This document shows positions 38,914 through 48,516 of a stretch of DNA of 64,000 bases, piece after piece. The translations under genes and the position numbers were made by a program. Positions within the stretch are counted from its first letter, which is position 1. Each line of letters begins with the position of its first letter. This DNA is from Candidatus Lustribacter sp. Its GTDB lineage: Bacteria; Vulcanimicrobiota; Vulcanimicrobiia; Vulcanimicrobiales; Vulcanimicrobiaceae. The notes under the pieces were generated by a model, which had not been told where the DNA came from, made no database searches, and saw nothing but the letters and a program-made list of their open reading frames with translations. Where the stretch lies: assembly GCA_965277805.1 (NCBI GenBank), contig OZ255842.1, positions 992,001 to 1,056,000 on the forward strand. The letters run 5' to 3'.

Positions 38914-40069
38914 AATCGCGCCCCTTCCACGTCCCCCCGCGCCCGCGCGCATGCCGCCGCGCCGAATCAATCGTCATCGCCGTATAGATCACGCCCGCAA
39001 CCGGCAGCGTCAACGCCCGCCACCATGGCTGCCGGTATGATCGCACCGTCGGCGCATACGCCGCGCTCATCACTCCGAGCGCCACAATCCCCGCCAGCGC
39101 CACCGACGGCTTGCGCCGCACAACCCCAAGCCCGAGCGCAGCAACCGGCGCAACATACAGCAACAGCATTCCGACGACCGTCCCCGCCAGCAACGCCGGC
39201 GAATACCGCAACTGCGTGTACGCGGTGCGCGCCACCATCGACCAAATCGGCTCAAGCCCGATATATGGCCGCACGCTGCGCGAACGCGTCGAGTTGCCGA
39301 GCCACAACCGCCCGCCCTCGCTCGCCACCGCCGCCGCGAGCGAACAGTCGTCGATCAGCTCGCCGCGAATGCGCTCGACGCCGCCGATGCGCCGCAACAA
39401 CTCGTCGCTCAGCAGCACGCACCCGCCCGCCGCCCCCGCCGTCGCGCGCTTCGGATCGTTCACCCACGCGAATGGATAGAGCATGCGAAAGAAAAACACA
39501 AACGCGGGAATCAGCAATTGCTCCCACGGCTCCGCGCAGTGCAACTCCACCATCAGCGACACCAGATCGCGCCGCTCGCGCTGCGCCGTCGCCACCAACC
39601 GCGCAAGCGTATCGTCCGCATGCTCCACATCGGCGTCGGTGAACCACCAGTACGCCGGCCGCGCACCGGCTCGCCGCGCCGCCGCAACCCCCTCCGCCAT
39701 CGCCCAAACCTTGCCGCTCCACCCGTCGGGCCGCGGCGCCGCACGATGCAGCGCCACCCGCTCCCCCGCCTGCGCTCGCTCCACGGCCGCCGCCACTTCC
39801 GAGCCGGTATTGTCCTCGCTGCGATCGTCGACCACCGTGAGCGCGAGCCGCCCCGGATACCGTTGCGCGATCACCGAACTCGTGGTCCTGGCGATGACGT
39901 CGCCTTCGTTGCGTGCCGGAACGACCGCGTGGACGTCGGGGGCGTTCGAATCGGTGACCGGATCCGCGAGGCGATCCGCACGTGCGTCCCAAAACTGACC
40001 GCGTGCAACCACCATCCCGATCCACGCAGCAGCGGCCACCCAAGCCGCATATTTGGTAAACGTGAGCAT
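38900..40069 (-). CDS. hpnB: Hopanoid-associated glycosyltransferase (GT2)
   Basis: VVPARNE, VDDRSED, GWSGKVWA, FTDADV, PAFVFFFRMLYPFAWVND, AAGGC, LIDDCSLA, MVARTAYTQL; adjacent to shc. Confidence 0.88.
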   Translation of the reverse strand: MLTFTKYAAWVAAAAWIGMVVARGQFWDARADRLADPVTDSNAPDVHAVVPARNEGDVIARTTSSVIAQRYPGRLALTVVDDRSEDNTGSEVAAAVERAQAGERVALHRAAPRPDGWSGKVWAMAEGVAAARRAGARPAYWWFTDADVEHADDTLARLVATAQRERRDLVSLMVELHCAEPWEQLLIPAFVFFFRMLYPFAWVNDPKRATAGAAGGCVLLSDELLRRIGGVERIRGELIDDCSLAAAVASEGGRLWLGNSTRSRSVRPYIGLEPIWSMVARTAYTQLRYSPALLAGTVVGMLLLYVAPVAALGLGVVRRKPSVALAGIVALGVMSAAYAPTVRSYRQPWWRALTLPVAGVIYTAMTIDSARRHARGRGGTWKGRDFSRS

Positions 40070-42014
40070 CGAGACCCGTCCTTCGGACGCGCCGCCCGCG
40101 CGCCCCGCTCTCGCGCTCATGATGGCGCTGCGCCGCGCCACCGACGCGCTTTTTCGCAAACAGCAGCCCGACGGCTACTGGTGGGCCGAGCTGCAGTCCA
40201 ATCCGTCGATCACGGCCGAGGTGCTGCTGCTGCATCGCATCTGGGGAAATTTCGACCGCGTTCCCAAGGCGCAAGCCGAAGCGTATTTCCGCAAGGAGCA
40301 GCGCGCGCACGGCGGCTGGGAACTCGCCTACGACGACGGCGGCGAACTCAGCGTGTCGGTGGAGGCGTACATGGCGCTGCGCCTGCTCGGCGTGCGGACC
40401 GATGATCCGGCGCTGGTCCGCGCGCGCACGTTCATCCTCGCCCGCGGCGGCATCTCGGCGACGCGCATCTTCACGAAGATGCACCTGGCGCTGATCGGCG
40501 CGTACGAGTGGAGCGGTTTGCCGTCGCTGCCGCCCGCGATCATGATGCTGCCCGATCGCTTCCCGTTCTCGATCTACGAACTCTCGAGCTGGGCGCGCGG
40601 CAGCACCGTGCCGCTCGTGATTCTCTTCGATCGCAAGCCGATCTACGGTTCGGTGCCGATGGACGAACTCTACGCCGAAGGCCGCACGAACGTGCGCTTC
40701 GAGTTGCCGCCGCCGAAAGACGCGTTCGAGTCGCTCTTCCTCGTGCTCGACAACGTGATGAAGTTCGGCGAGCGCTACGGCATCGTGCCGTTCCGCAACG
40801 AGGGCATCGCGCGCGCGGAGAAGTGGACCGTGCAGCGCCAGGAAGCGACCGGCGATTGGGGCGGCATCATCCCCGCGATGCTCAACGCGATGCTCGCGCT
40901 GCGCGCGCTCGGCTACGATGCCAACGATCCCGTCGTCAGACGCGGCTGGTCGGCGATCGACGGCTTCACGATCGTCGACGACGATTCGTATCGCGTCCAG
41001 CCATGCATCTCGCCCGTGTGGGACACGGGGCTCGCGGTGCGTTCGCTCGTCGACGCCGGTGTAACGCGCAACGATAAGCGCCTGGTCTCCGCAGTGAACT
41101 GGCTGCTCGAGAAACAGATCGTCGCGACGTACGGTGACTGGTCGGTGAAGAACCGCACCGGCAAGCCCGGCGGCTGGGCGTTCGAGTTCGAGAACGCGTG
41201 GTATCCTGACGTCGACGACACCGCCGTCGTCGCGATGGCGCTCGGCGCGATCGAACATCCCGATGGACCGCGCGTGCAAGCCGCGCTCGAACGCGCGATG
41301 CAATGGGTCGGCACGATGCAGTGCAAGAACGGCGGCTGGGGCGCCTTCGACGTCGACAACGATCAGGATTGGCTCAACCGGATTCCCTACGGCGATCTCA
41401 AGGCGATGATCGATCCGGCCACGGCCGACGTGAGCGCGCGCGTGCTCGAGATGGTCGTGCGCTGCAAACCCGCCGGCTTCGACCGTGCGCGTTTCGAGAG
41501 CGGCCTCACCTATCTGCTCGAAGAACAAGAGATCGACGGCGCGTGGTTCGGCCGCTGGGGCGTGAACTACATCTACGGAACGAGCGGTGCGCTCGCCGCA
41601 CTCGGACCGGCGCGCGCCGAACGTCGCATCGACCACGCCGTCGTCCGCGGCGCGGTCTGGCTCCGCAGCGTGCAAAACGCCGACGGCGGCTGGGGCGAAA
41701 CCACCGACACGTACAAGAACCCAAGCCTGCGCGGCCAAGGCCCCAGCACCGCGAGCCAAACCGCGTGGGCGCTGATCGGCCTGCTCGAAACCGTGCAACG
41801 GCTGAAGAAGCTCGCGCCCGAGTTCATGCCCGCCATCGAACGCGGCGTCGACTTCCTCATCCGCACGCAGCGCGACGACGGCAACTGGGACGAACCCGAA
41901 TTCACCGGCACCGGCTTCCCCGTCCACTTCTACCTAAACTATCACCAGTATCGCCTGCACTTCCCGCTCTCAGCCCTCGGCCGCTACGCCGCCTGGAGAC
42001 GCGCCACAAGCTAA
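40062..42014 (+). CDS. shc: Squalene-hopene cyclase
   Basis: Catalytic PDVDDTA motif; QW repeats (QQPDGYW, QNADGGW, QRDDGNW); FTGTGFP; start uncertain (40053, 40062 or 40119). Confidence 0.97.
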   Translation: MSIETRPSDAPPARPALALMMALRRATDALFRKQQPDGYWWAELQSNPSITAEVLLLHRIWGNFDRVPKAQAEAYFRKEQRAHGGWELAYDDGGELSVSVEAYMALRLLGVRTDDPALVRARTFILARGGISATRIFTKMHLALIGAYEWSGLPSLPPAIMMLPDRFPFSIYELSSWARGSTVPLVILFDRKPIYGSVPMDELYAEGRTNVRFELPPPKDAFESLFLVLDNVMKFGERYGIVPFRNEGIARAEKWTVQRQEATGDWGGIIPAMLNAMLALRALGYDANDPVVRRGWSAIDGFTIVDDDSYRVQPCISPVWDTGLAVRSLVDAGVTRNDKRLVSAVNWLLEKQIVATYGDWSVKNRTGKPGGWAFEFENAWYPDVDDTAVVAMALGAIEHPDGPRVQAALERAMQWVGTMQCKNGGWGAFDVDNDQDWLNRIPYGDLKAMIDPATADVSARVLEMVVRCKPAGFDRARFESGLTYLLEEQEIDGAWFGRWGVNYIYGTSGALAALGPARAERRIDHAVVRGAVWLRSVQNADGGWGETTDTYKNPSLRGQGPSTASQTAWALIGLLETVQRLKKLAPEFMPAIERGVDFLIRTQRDDGNWDEPEFTGTGFPVHFYLNYHQYRLHFPLSALGRYAAWRRATS

Positions 42015-42030
42015 CTCATCGCAAACTGTG

Positions 42031-42078
42031 TGTCATTCCGAGCGAAGCGCCGTAGGGCGCGCAGCCGAGGAACGCGCC
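42031..42078 (+). repeat. Long-variant palindromic repeat copy 5 (after shc)
   Basis: TGTCATTCCGAGCGAAGCGCCGTAGGGCGCGCAGCCGAGGAACGCGCC. Confidence 0.75.
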
Positions 42079-42159
42079 GGCCATTTGCCCACACGCCTGG
42101 GCAATGCCGAGAACGGAGAGTGCACCTCGATGTAGACCACGAGCCAGGTGATGTGCTCG

Positions 42160-42219
42160 CTGGGAGAAGCCAATTCACCGGCACCGGTTTCCCGGTCCGC
42201 TTCTATCTAATTACCACCA
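42160..42219 (+). pseudogene. Degenerate ~60-bp duplicate of the shc 3' region
   Basis: Aligns to 41885-41947 (encodes FTGTGFPVRFYL versus FTGTGFPVHFYL) with small indels. Confidence 0.75.
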
Positions 42220-42288
42220 CGGTTAGCGGTAACGGGGAAGCGGACTTTCACCGCTGAACACTCGGGTCACCCACACTGTGAGGTAGCC

Positions 42289-43071
42289 ATGACGGATCAA
42301 TGGATTACGTTCGATGGACCAGATGCGCCGTTGCGCGCGTATCTCGTGCAACCGTCGGGACCACCGCCGTGGCCGGCGCTTTTAATCATCCATCCCGTGA
42401 CGGGAATAACGGAGCACGTCCAGGAGATCGTCCGGGATTATGCCGCAGACGGCTACCTCGCCGTTGCTCCCGACCTCTACACCAACGACCGCCTATATCC
42501 GCAGCAGGCGACCGAGGATATCAACGAGGCGGCGCATATGGGGCCGAATGCCGCGAGCTGGGATGCGCATCTCGCCCATTTCGCGGAACCCCGGCGCAGC
42601 AAGATCCTCGCAGCTCGAGAGTGGATTTCAGGCCGTCCCGGCGGCGGCTACGTTAGCGAGGTGCGCGCTGCCTTCGACTACCTCAAGGCTCGCAGCGACG
42701 TCAACGCCGTCGGCGCAATCGGGTATTGTATGGGAGGGCGCCTCACCGCGACGCTCGCGGCACAGGGTGTCGACCTTGCTGCCGGTGTCATCTACTACGG
42801 CGGAAGTCCGAAGACCGACGAAGTCGCAAATATTCGCTGTCCGTTGGAAGGTCACTACGGTGTGACGGACGTCGGCATCACCGGGAAGGTCTATGAATTC
42901 GCGCAGGCCATGAAAGCGTCCGGTCTGCACTTTGCGTACTCGGTCTACGACGCCGATCATGGGTTCAACGACCCGACGGCCCACGCGTGGAACGCCGATG
43001 CCGCTCGACAAGCGCGCGAGCGCAGCAGCGAGTTCCTCGCGAAGAACCTCAAAGCGCGGGTCGCTGTCTAG
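42289..43071 (+). CDS. Dienelactone hydrolase family protein
   Basis: GYLAVAPDLY, GYCMGG nucleophile motif, ADHGF; RBS GAGG. Confidence 0.9.
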   Translation: MTDQWITFDGPDAPLRAYLVQPSGPPPWPALLIIHPVTGITEHVQEIVRDYAADGYLAVAPDLYTNDRLYPQQATEDINEAAHMGPNAASWDAHLAHFAEPRRSKILAAREWISGRPGGGYVSEVRAAFDYLKARSDVNAVGAIGYCMGGRLTATLAAQGVDLAAGVIYYGGSPKTDEVANIRCPLEGHYGVTDVGITGKVYEFAQAMKASGLHFAYSVYDADHGFNDPTAHAWNADAARQARERSSEFLAKNLKARVAV

Positions 43072-44007
43072 ATGCAGCGCCGCAGCATGGTCGGTCTTCT
43101 CGGCGGTGCGCTCGCCGCTGGGCTTCCGCGTCTCAGCGAGGCCCAAGGTACCGCCGGTATTCGGATTGCGGCATCGCTGACGGATCCGTACATGGGGCCG
43201 TATTATGCGCGCGAAGAAGGCTTCTATCAGAAAGCCGGGCTTAACGTTGACGTGCTGACGCAGCCCACGGTTGCTGCCGCCGTTAATGCCGTCGCAGCGA
43301 ATGCTGCCGACTGCGCTCAGGGCGACCTGATTCAAATTTCGAATGGCGTTTTACGTGGAATCGATTTCACCGTGTTCGCCGGCGGAGGCATCCAGCTTCC
43401 GACCACTGCGCCGGCGCTAGCACTCGCGGTCCTCAAGGACGCACCGATCCGAACCGCTCATGACCTCGAGGGAAAGAGCATCGGCGTGGTCACGCTGAAC
43501 TCGCTTAGCCAAATCGCGACGCAGGAATGGGTGCGCAAAAGCGGTGCCGATCCGTCGAAGCTCCGTTTCATCGAGCTGTCGTTCCCAACCATGCCGGGGG
43601 CACTGCAACGGAATCTGGTGAGCGCAGCCGTGGCGGTCGAACCATTTCTCACCGGCGGCGACGTGCCGTTGCGGATTCTCGAGAATATCTACAACGACAT
43701 TGCGCCGTTCTATCTCGGCTGTTGGATCACGACGCGGACGTGGCTACGGCAAAATCGCGACGTCGCGCGCAGGCTGACGTCCGTCATTTACGATACGGCA
43801 CGCTGGGCAAATGCCCATCAGGACGATACCGCTGCGATTATTGCAAAGTACACGAAGTTCACGGTTGAGGATATGAAGAAGGGCACGCGCGCCTCTTACG
43901 CCACGTCCCTCGACCCCGCATTGATGAACCCCATTCTGGAGGACGCGTACCGTTTCGGGGCCATCTCCAAGGCGGTTTCCGCAAACGACCTCACTACCCG
44001 CGTCTAA
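43072..44007 (+). CDS. NMT1/SsuA-family substrate-binding protein (Tat-like signal)
   Basis: MQRRSMV...; GFYQKAGLNV, DLEGKSIGV, AVEPF. Confidence 0.85.
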   Translation: MQRRSMVGLLGGALAAGLPRLSEAQGTAGIRIAASLTDPYMGPYYAREEGFYQKAGLNVDVLTQPTVAAAVNAVAANAADCAQGDLIQISNGVLRGIDFTVFAGGGIQLPTTAPALALAVLKDAPIRTAHDLEGKSIGVVTLNSLSQIATQEWVRKSGADPSKLRFIELSFPTMPGALQRNLVSAAVAVEPFLTGGDVPLRILENIYNDIAPFYLGCWITTRTWLRQNRDVARRLTSVIYDTARWANAHQDDTAAIIAKYTKFTVEDMKKGTRASYATSLDPALMNPILEDAYRFGAISKAVSANDLTTRV

Positions 44008-44021
44008 CGTGGATCGACGAT

Positions 44022-45290
44022 ATGCTGACACCTGAAGAAAACGAGCGCCTTACTCGGGTCGGGCCCGGGTCGCCGATGGGGAACGTTTTCCGTAGTTACT
44101 GGATTCCCGTAGCGCTTAGCGCCGAGCTTCCGGAGGCCGACTCGGCCCCGATTCGCTTGCGGATACTCGGCGAAGACCTCGTTGCATTTCGCGACACGCA
44201 GGGCGCGGTGGGGCTGCTCGACGCCTTCTGTCCGCACCGGCGCGCGCCGATGTTCTTCGGCCGAAACGAAGAGTGCGGACTGCGCTGCGTCTATCACGGT
44301 TGGAAATTCGATCGTGACGGAACATGCGTCGACATGCCGTCGGAGCCGCCCGACTCGCTTTTTCGGACGAAGGTCCGCATTGGTGCCTATCCGACGTGGG
44401 AAGGCGGGGGGCTTGTCTGGGCCTATCTGGGCGATTCAGCGAAGCAGCCGAATCCACCCGAGTACGAACTCGTTCGCACTCCTGAGTCGCACCGCTTCGT
44501 CTCGAAGACCTACGAGCATGCAAACTACCTGCAAGCTCTCGAAGGCGGCCTCGACACATCACACTCGTCGTTTCTGCATAACAACCACTTGGACGATCCT
44601 CAGCGCTTGCGCGCGCGGGACACCGCGCCCCGCCTCGAGGTCGATCGGGCGCCGTTCGGTTACACCTACGCAGGCATTCGGCGCGCCGACGAATCGCAGA
44701 ATTACGTGCGCGCCTACCAGTACATTATGCCGAGCATCCAAGCGCGGGGCGGTACGACGACCGAGACCGGAAAGCGCGAGGCCATCCCAAAGATCGACGG
44801 CCACATTTGGATTCCGATCGACGACGAGCACACCTGGGTCTTCAACTACATGTATTCCTTCGATCCGGCGATACCGATCCCGCGCGAACATGCGCTGGCG
44901 TTCGAATCGTTCAGCGGCCGCGGACCCGACGACTTACTTCCCGGCTTTCAGCCCAAGCGCAACCTGCAGAACGACTATCTCGTCGACCGCGCTCTCCAAA
45001 AGACGAAGACGTACACCGGTATTACCGGTCTGAACACCCAAGACTTCGCCTTGCAGGAAGGCATGGGACCGATCTGCGACCGCTCGCAGGAGCATCTTGG
45101 GACAAGCGATCGCGCCATTATCGCCATGCGCCAGTTGCTACTCGAGGCGACGTACGATGTTGAGGCCGGGCGGGTGCCCCGCGGAGCCGATTCCCAAACG
45201 TGCCGCAGCGTCCGGCCGGTGGACGGCTTCGTCGATCGCGGTGCGAATTGGCGCGACGTCCTGCGCGACGAGCTCTTCGCGAAGTTCTAG
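44022..45290 (+). CDS. Rieske non-heme iron oxygenase, phthalate 4,5-dioxygenase/LigX-like
   Basis: LTRVGPGSPMG N-terminus; CPHR...CVYHGW Rieske motif; DTSHSSFLH; QD...QE. Confidence 0.92.
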   Translation: MLTPEENERLTRVGPGSPMGNVFRSYWIPVALSAELPEADSAPIRLRILGEDLVAFRDTQGAVGLLDAFCPHRRAPMFFGRNEECGLRCVYHGWKFDRDGTCVDMPSEPPDSLFRTKVRIGAYPTWEGGGLVWAYLGDSAKQPNPPEYELVRTPESHRFVSKTYEHANYLQALEGGLDTSHSSFLHNNHLDDPQRLRARDTAPRLEVDRAPFGYTYAGIRRADESQNYVRAYQYIMPSIQARGGTTTETGKREAIPKIDGHIWIPIDDEHTWVFNYMYSFDPAIPIPREHALAFESFSGRGPDDLLPGFQPKRNLQNDYLVDRALQKTKTYTGITGLNTQDFALQEGMGPICDRSQEHLGTSDRAIIAMRQLLLEATYDVEAGRVPRGADSQTCRSVRPVDGFVDRGANWRDVLRDELFAKF

Positions 45291-45319
45291 CCGGAACGTC
45301 GTAGCTCGGGCTGCTCCGC

Positions 45320-46831
45320 TCAGCGTAGGTGCAGCATCTGCTTCGTGTTTGTCGTCGGGGTGAGATACATCTCACCGTGCGGGTAGTCGAAGTCGATGTT
45401 GAAGAGGACGAGAAACTCCGTTCCGATCAATCCATCGTCCGCCGCTGAATAGCTTCCGCCGCCCAGGCGGAGGCCGTTGAAGTCCTGGAAGTTGTAGGTG
45501 CCCAGGCGAAACGAGTGCACGAAGATCGGGCGAACCGTTATGTCGCCGCCGACGCCCGTCAGATCGATGGGCTGCGACGAACGTTCGCCGACATTCGGAT
45601 GACGGTCCATGAAGTAATCGAAAACGGCGAAGGCCCCGAGCGAGGCTCCCGTGTCGACGATGAAGCGGGATGCCGGCACGCCGTCGAGCCCAACCGTGAC
45701 CATCGGTACTTGGCTGCCGAGACGGATGTCGACCGGGACGGTGTTTTTATCGGCCGGCGGTTGATAGGTGGCCGCAGGTGCGACGATAACCCGCTGGTGT
45801 TCGTAGTCGACGGTGACGCCGAGTGTGGCGAAGAAATCGAATCCGAGCAAACCCCCGAACTTGATGCCGGGATCGTCGTTCTTGATGCTGTCCGTGCTGA
45901 CGACGATATTATGCATCGTGAGCGAGCCAATCTTCAACTCCGATACGACGGCGTTGGATTCGTCTTCGGGCCGCGCGTTGTTGGCGTTGACGCGCCGGTT
46001 GACGAGCGATAATCCAATTTGCTTGGCCGCCGCCGGAACGATCGAAATGACGGAACTGCCCGAGTCCAACTGCATGTCGTAGGGGTGCCCGTTGATCGTG
46101 GTGTGCACGTAAATGCGGCCGGCCTCGAACTTGGCTGGGATCTGCACCGGCGAGGTTCCGGGAAACTCTACCAGCAAGCGGCGTACGCCGGGCACCGCCA
46201 CGTCGGCCGCGGTAGCCGCTCCCGGAACGCGCTCGACCCGCGTGTACTGGGTGCTGCCGGTGACGTCGGCATCCGTCCAGTGTGCCGCCAGCGTTTGCGC
46301 TCCGTACTGCCGGAAGTCGGTGTACGTGGTGGTCGTGGTGCCTCCCCGATCGGTCCATTCGTCGCGCACGATATGGTAGCTGGCGGGGTCGACGTACTCC
46401 TTATCCCCGAGGCCTTGGGAGTTGACGTCGGCGATTTCAAGCAACGGCGCGGGCGACATGACCGATCGAACCACGCCCCGTTCCTTCGCGGGGCCTTTGC
46501 TCGCGAGCGGATCCGGCTCGTTGATAACGGTGAGCCCGTTGTCATTTTGATGCCAAGCGTCGCCGTTGAACGTGCCGCGTTCGGAGTGAATCCCGCCCAC
46601 GTCGAGCGTGACGCGCCGGTCTTTTCCGACTTGAAACGTCTGCTGTTTGGCGAGGCTACCGTCGGCCAGCGTCCACGTGATCGTTTCCCGGTAGTTATCC
46701 GGATCGGGTCCGCTGGCCGTGCGCACGCGGGCATGAAGCGTAGCGGCATCCGGAACGTCGTCTGCCGTCACGATGGAATACGGCAGAACGAGGCACGCGA
46801 AAAAGAGTCCGACACACAATAATCGTCTCAT
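45320..46831 (-). CDS. Secreted aspartyl protease with two retropepsin-like domains
   Basis: Signal peptide; LDSGS...GLLGFDF and VDTGA...GLIGTEF. Confidence 0.85.
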   Translation of the reverse strand: MRRLLCVGLFFACLVLPYSIVTADDVPDAATLHARVRTASGPDPDNYRETITWTLADGSLAKQQTFQVGKDRRVTLDVGGIHSERGTFNGDAWHQNDNGLTVINEPDPLASKGPAKERGVVRSVMSPAPLLEIADVNSQGLGDKEYVDPASYHIVRDEWTDRGGTTTTTYTDFRQYGAQTLAAHWTDADVTGSTQYTRVERVPGAATAADVAVPGVRRLLVEFPGTSPVQIPAKFEAGRIYVHTTINGHPYDMQLDSGSSVISIVPAAAKQIGLSLVNRRVNANNARPEDESNAVVSELKIGSLTMHNIVVSTDSIKNDDPGIKFGGLLGFDFFATLGVTVDYEHQRVIVAPAATYQPPADKNTVPVDIRLGSQVPMVTVGLDGVPASRFIVDTGASLGAFAVFDYFMDRHPNVGERSSQPIDLTGVGGDITVRPIFVHSFRLGTYNFQDFNGLRLGGGSYSAADDGLIGTEFLVLFNIDFDYPHGEMYLTPTTNTKQMLHLR

Positions 46832-46882
46832 TGTGGGGCGTGCTTCTACACCGGCCGGGCGAGTTTCTGCCGGCCCCTGACG

Positions 46883-47713
46883 TTACGCCCGGAGGCGCGG
46901 AAGATCGTTCGCGTCAAGCGGGACGAGAAATATGAGGTACTGTCCCGGAGCATCGATCAGCGCCGTCGTCGTGCGCGCGACTTCCACCATTCCGCCGTCG
47001 GCAACGCGCAGCCGCATCATCGCCATTGCATTGGGAGGGCTCACGACGCGCTCGTCCCAGTAGCGCGCGAACACGTCGCTTTCCATCCGCAACGCATCGA
47101 TGAGTACCTCGAATGACGGATCGTCGACGTGACGCGCGTAGCTCTCGCGCAGATAACCGGCCGTGGCGCGCGCCATCTGATCCCATTCGACCACGCGCTC
47201 GCGAAACAACGGTTTGGTGAAAATCTGCCAAGCGAGATTCCGCTCGAGGCCTTTGCCGGCCGATGAGAAGCCAACGTTTTGAGCGATCGCGTTACTGACG
47301 AGGATATCGTAGCGCGCCGAAATGATCATTGCCGAGCCGGCCGTAAAACGCTCGACCAGGACGCGGAAGTTCTTGGTCACTTCCGTTTCGTCGTCGCCAT
47401 CCGACGGCGGTATCGGCGTTCGTGAGAGAGCGAAGAGATAGTTGGTCTCGTGAGGATCGAGCTTCAATGCTTTCGCAACCGCCGCCAGCGTTTGCGGTGC
47501 GATGCCGTCGAGGTGACCGAGTTCGAGACGGGCGTACCAGCCGACGCTCATGCCCGCGAGCTCGGCGACGTCTTCGCGCCGCAGGCCCGGTACGCGCCGG
47601 CCGATCCGTTCCGGAAGTCCGACTTCGGTCGGAGTAATCCGCTTCCGCCGTGAACGAAGAAATGCGCGCAATTCTTCATTGCGAATCGTCGGCGCATGCT
47701 CTGCTGTTTGCAC
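46883..47713 (-). CDS. XRE/MmyB-family transcriptional regulator
   Basis: LRAFLRSRRKRITP.EVGLP...RRVPGLRREDVAELAGMSVGWYARLE; start uncertain. Confidence 0.88.
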   Translation of the reverse strand: MQTAEHAPTIRNEELRAFLRSRRKRITPTEVGLPERIGRRVPGLRREDVAELAGMSVGWYARLELGHLDGIAPQTLAAVAKALKLDPHETNYLFALSRTPIPPSDGDDETEVTKNFRVLVERFTAGSAMIISARYDILVSNAIAQNVGFSSAGKGLERNLAWQIFTKPLFRERVVEWDQMARATAGYLRESYARHVDDPSFEVLIDALRMESDVFARYWDERVVSPPNAMAMMRLRVADGGMVEVARTTTALIDAPGQYLIFLVPLDANDLPRLRA

Positions 47714-47948
47714 GCGCACCACGACCAATGTCGGCGGCCGAAGAGTTGCGCTAACGTGCACAAACAGTGTCTGTCTCGCGGGCTTCCGGTGCGATATCGT
47801 ATGGCATATCAGCACGACCCTCGCAAAACGCGACCGCTCCGATGCGACTAACGTCTGCAAATAAGCCGGGCTCTAAAACTTACCGCCTCGGCCCAGCGCA
47901 GACGATGAAACCCATTTCCAACAAAACAGAAAGCTCCAGTTACCAATC

Positions 47949-48422
47949 ATGAAAACCCAAGTTGCCTCAGCGTTATTCGCAGCCTCACTTGCCCTCGGCG
48001 GCCTGCCGTCGATCGCCTCGGCGGCGAACGCACCGGCCGATACCATCGCCGTGTTGCAAACCTCGGTAAGCCCCATCCAGTACGTAGTTGACGCCACCGA
48101 CGGCTCCGTCGCAAATGCCGGCGACGTACTCCACATCCAATTCGCGAACCGCGGCGACCAGACCGCGACGGCGGTTGAGTTCCAAGTGAGTTCGTTGGGC
48201 TCGCCGGTCGCAACCGTCGAAGACACCGGCACGTTCTCGAAGGACGCGATCGTGAACCACTCGTTCGCGAATGTCGGCGGCCGCAACACCACCGTCTCGG
48301 TAATCGGCGTGAAGTATGCCGATGGTTCCGAGTGGTCGGCCGACGGCCAGCAGCCGTTCGTGACGCGCCGCCAAGCCGCAGTCGCGCCGATCGTCCCCAA
48401 CGTTCCCCTGCCGGAAAACTAG
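47949..48422 (+). CDS. Secreted hypothetical protein (beta-rich)
   Basis: Clear signal peptide (MKTQ...ASAANA); GTFS and VKYADGSEW. Confidence 0.75.
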   Translation: MKTQVASALFAASLALGGLPSIASAANAPADTIAVLQTSVSPIQYVVDATDGSVANAGDVLHIQFANRGDQTATAVEFQVSSLGSPVATVEDTGTFSKDAIVNHSFANVGGRNTTVSVIGVKYADGSEWSADGQQPFVTRRQAAVAPIVPNVPLPEN

Positions 48423-48457
48423 TCCCTAACGGCCCGCTAACCCAGCACACACACAAT

Positions 48458-48488
48458 GGCCCCGAAGCAACCGCTCCGGGGCCTCTTG
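48458..48488 (+). terminator. Putative intrinsic terminator hairpin
   Basis: GGCCCCG...CGGGGCC stem followed by TCTT, between convergent genes. Confidence 0.55.
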
Positions 48489-48516
48489 TCATCCCGAGCT
48501 TGTCGAGGGACCGCCA
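48487..48516 (+). repeat. Palindromic repeat copy 6
   Basis: TGTCATCCCGAGCTTGTCGAGGGACCGCCA. Confidence 0.88.

Noticed and set aside
39252-41927. 891-aa minus-strand ORF and similar long ORFs (5176-7164, 15608-17605, 34929-36512, 58419-60038)
   Set aside because: Antisense shadows of well-supported genes, expected in high-GC DNA; no motifs and Arg/Ala-biased composition.
42222-42258. Imperfect inverted repeat TTAGCGGT...ACCGCTGA upstream of the dienelactone hydrolase
   Set aside because: Could be an operator or hairpin, but it is a single short occurrence without supporting context.
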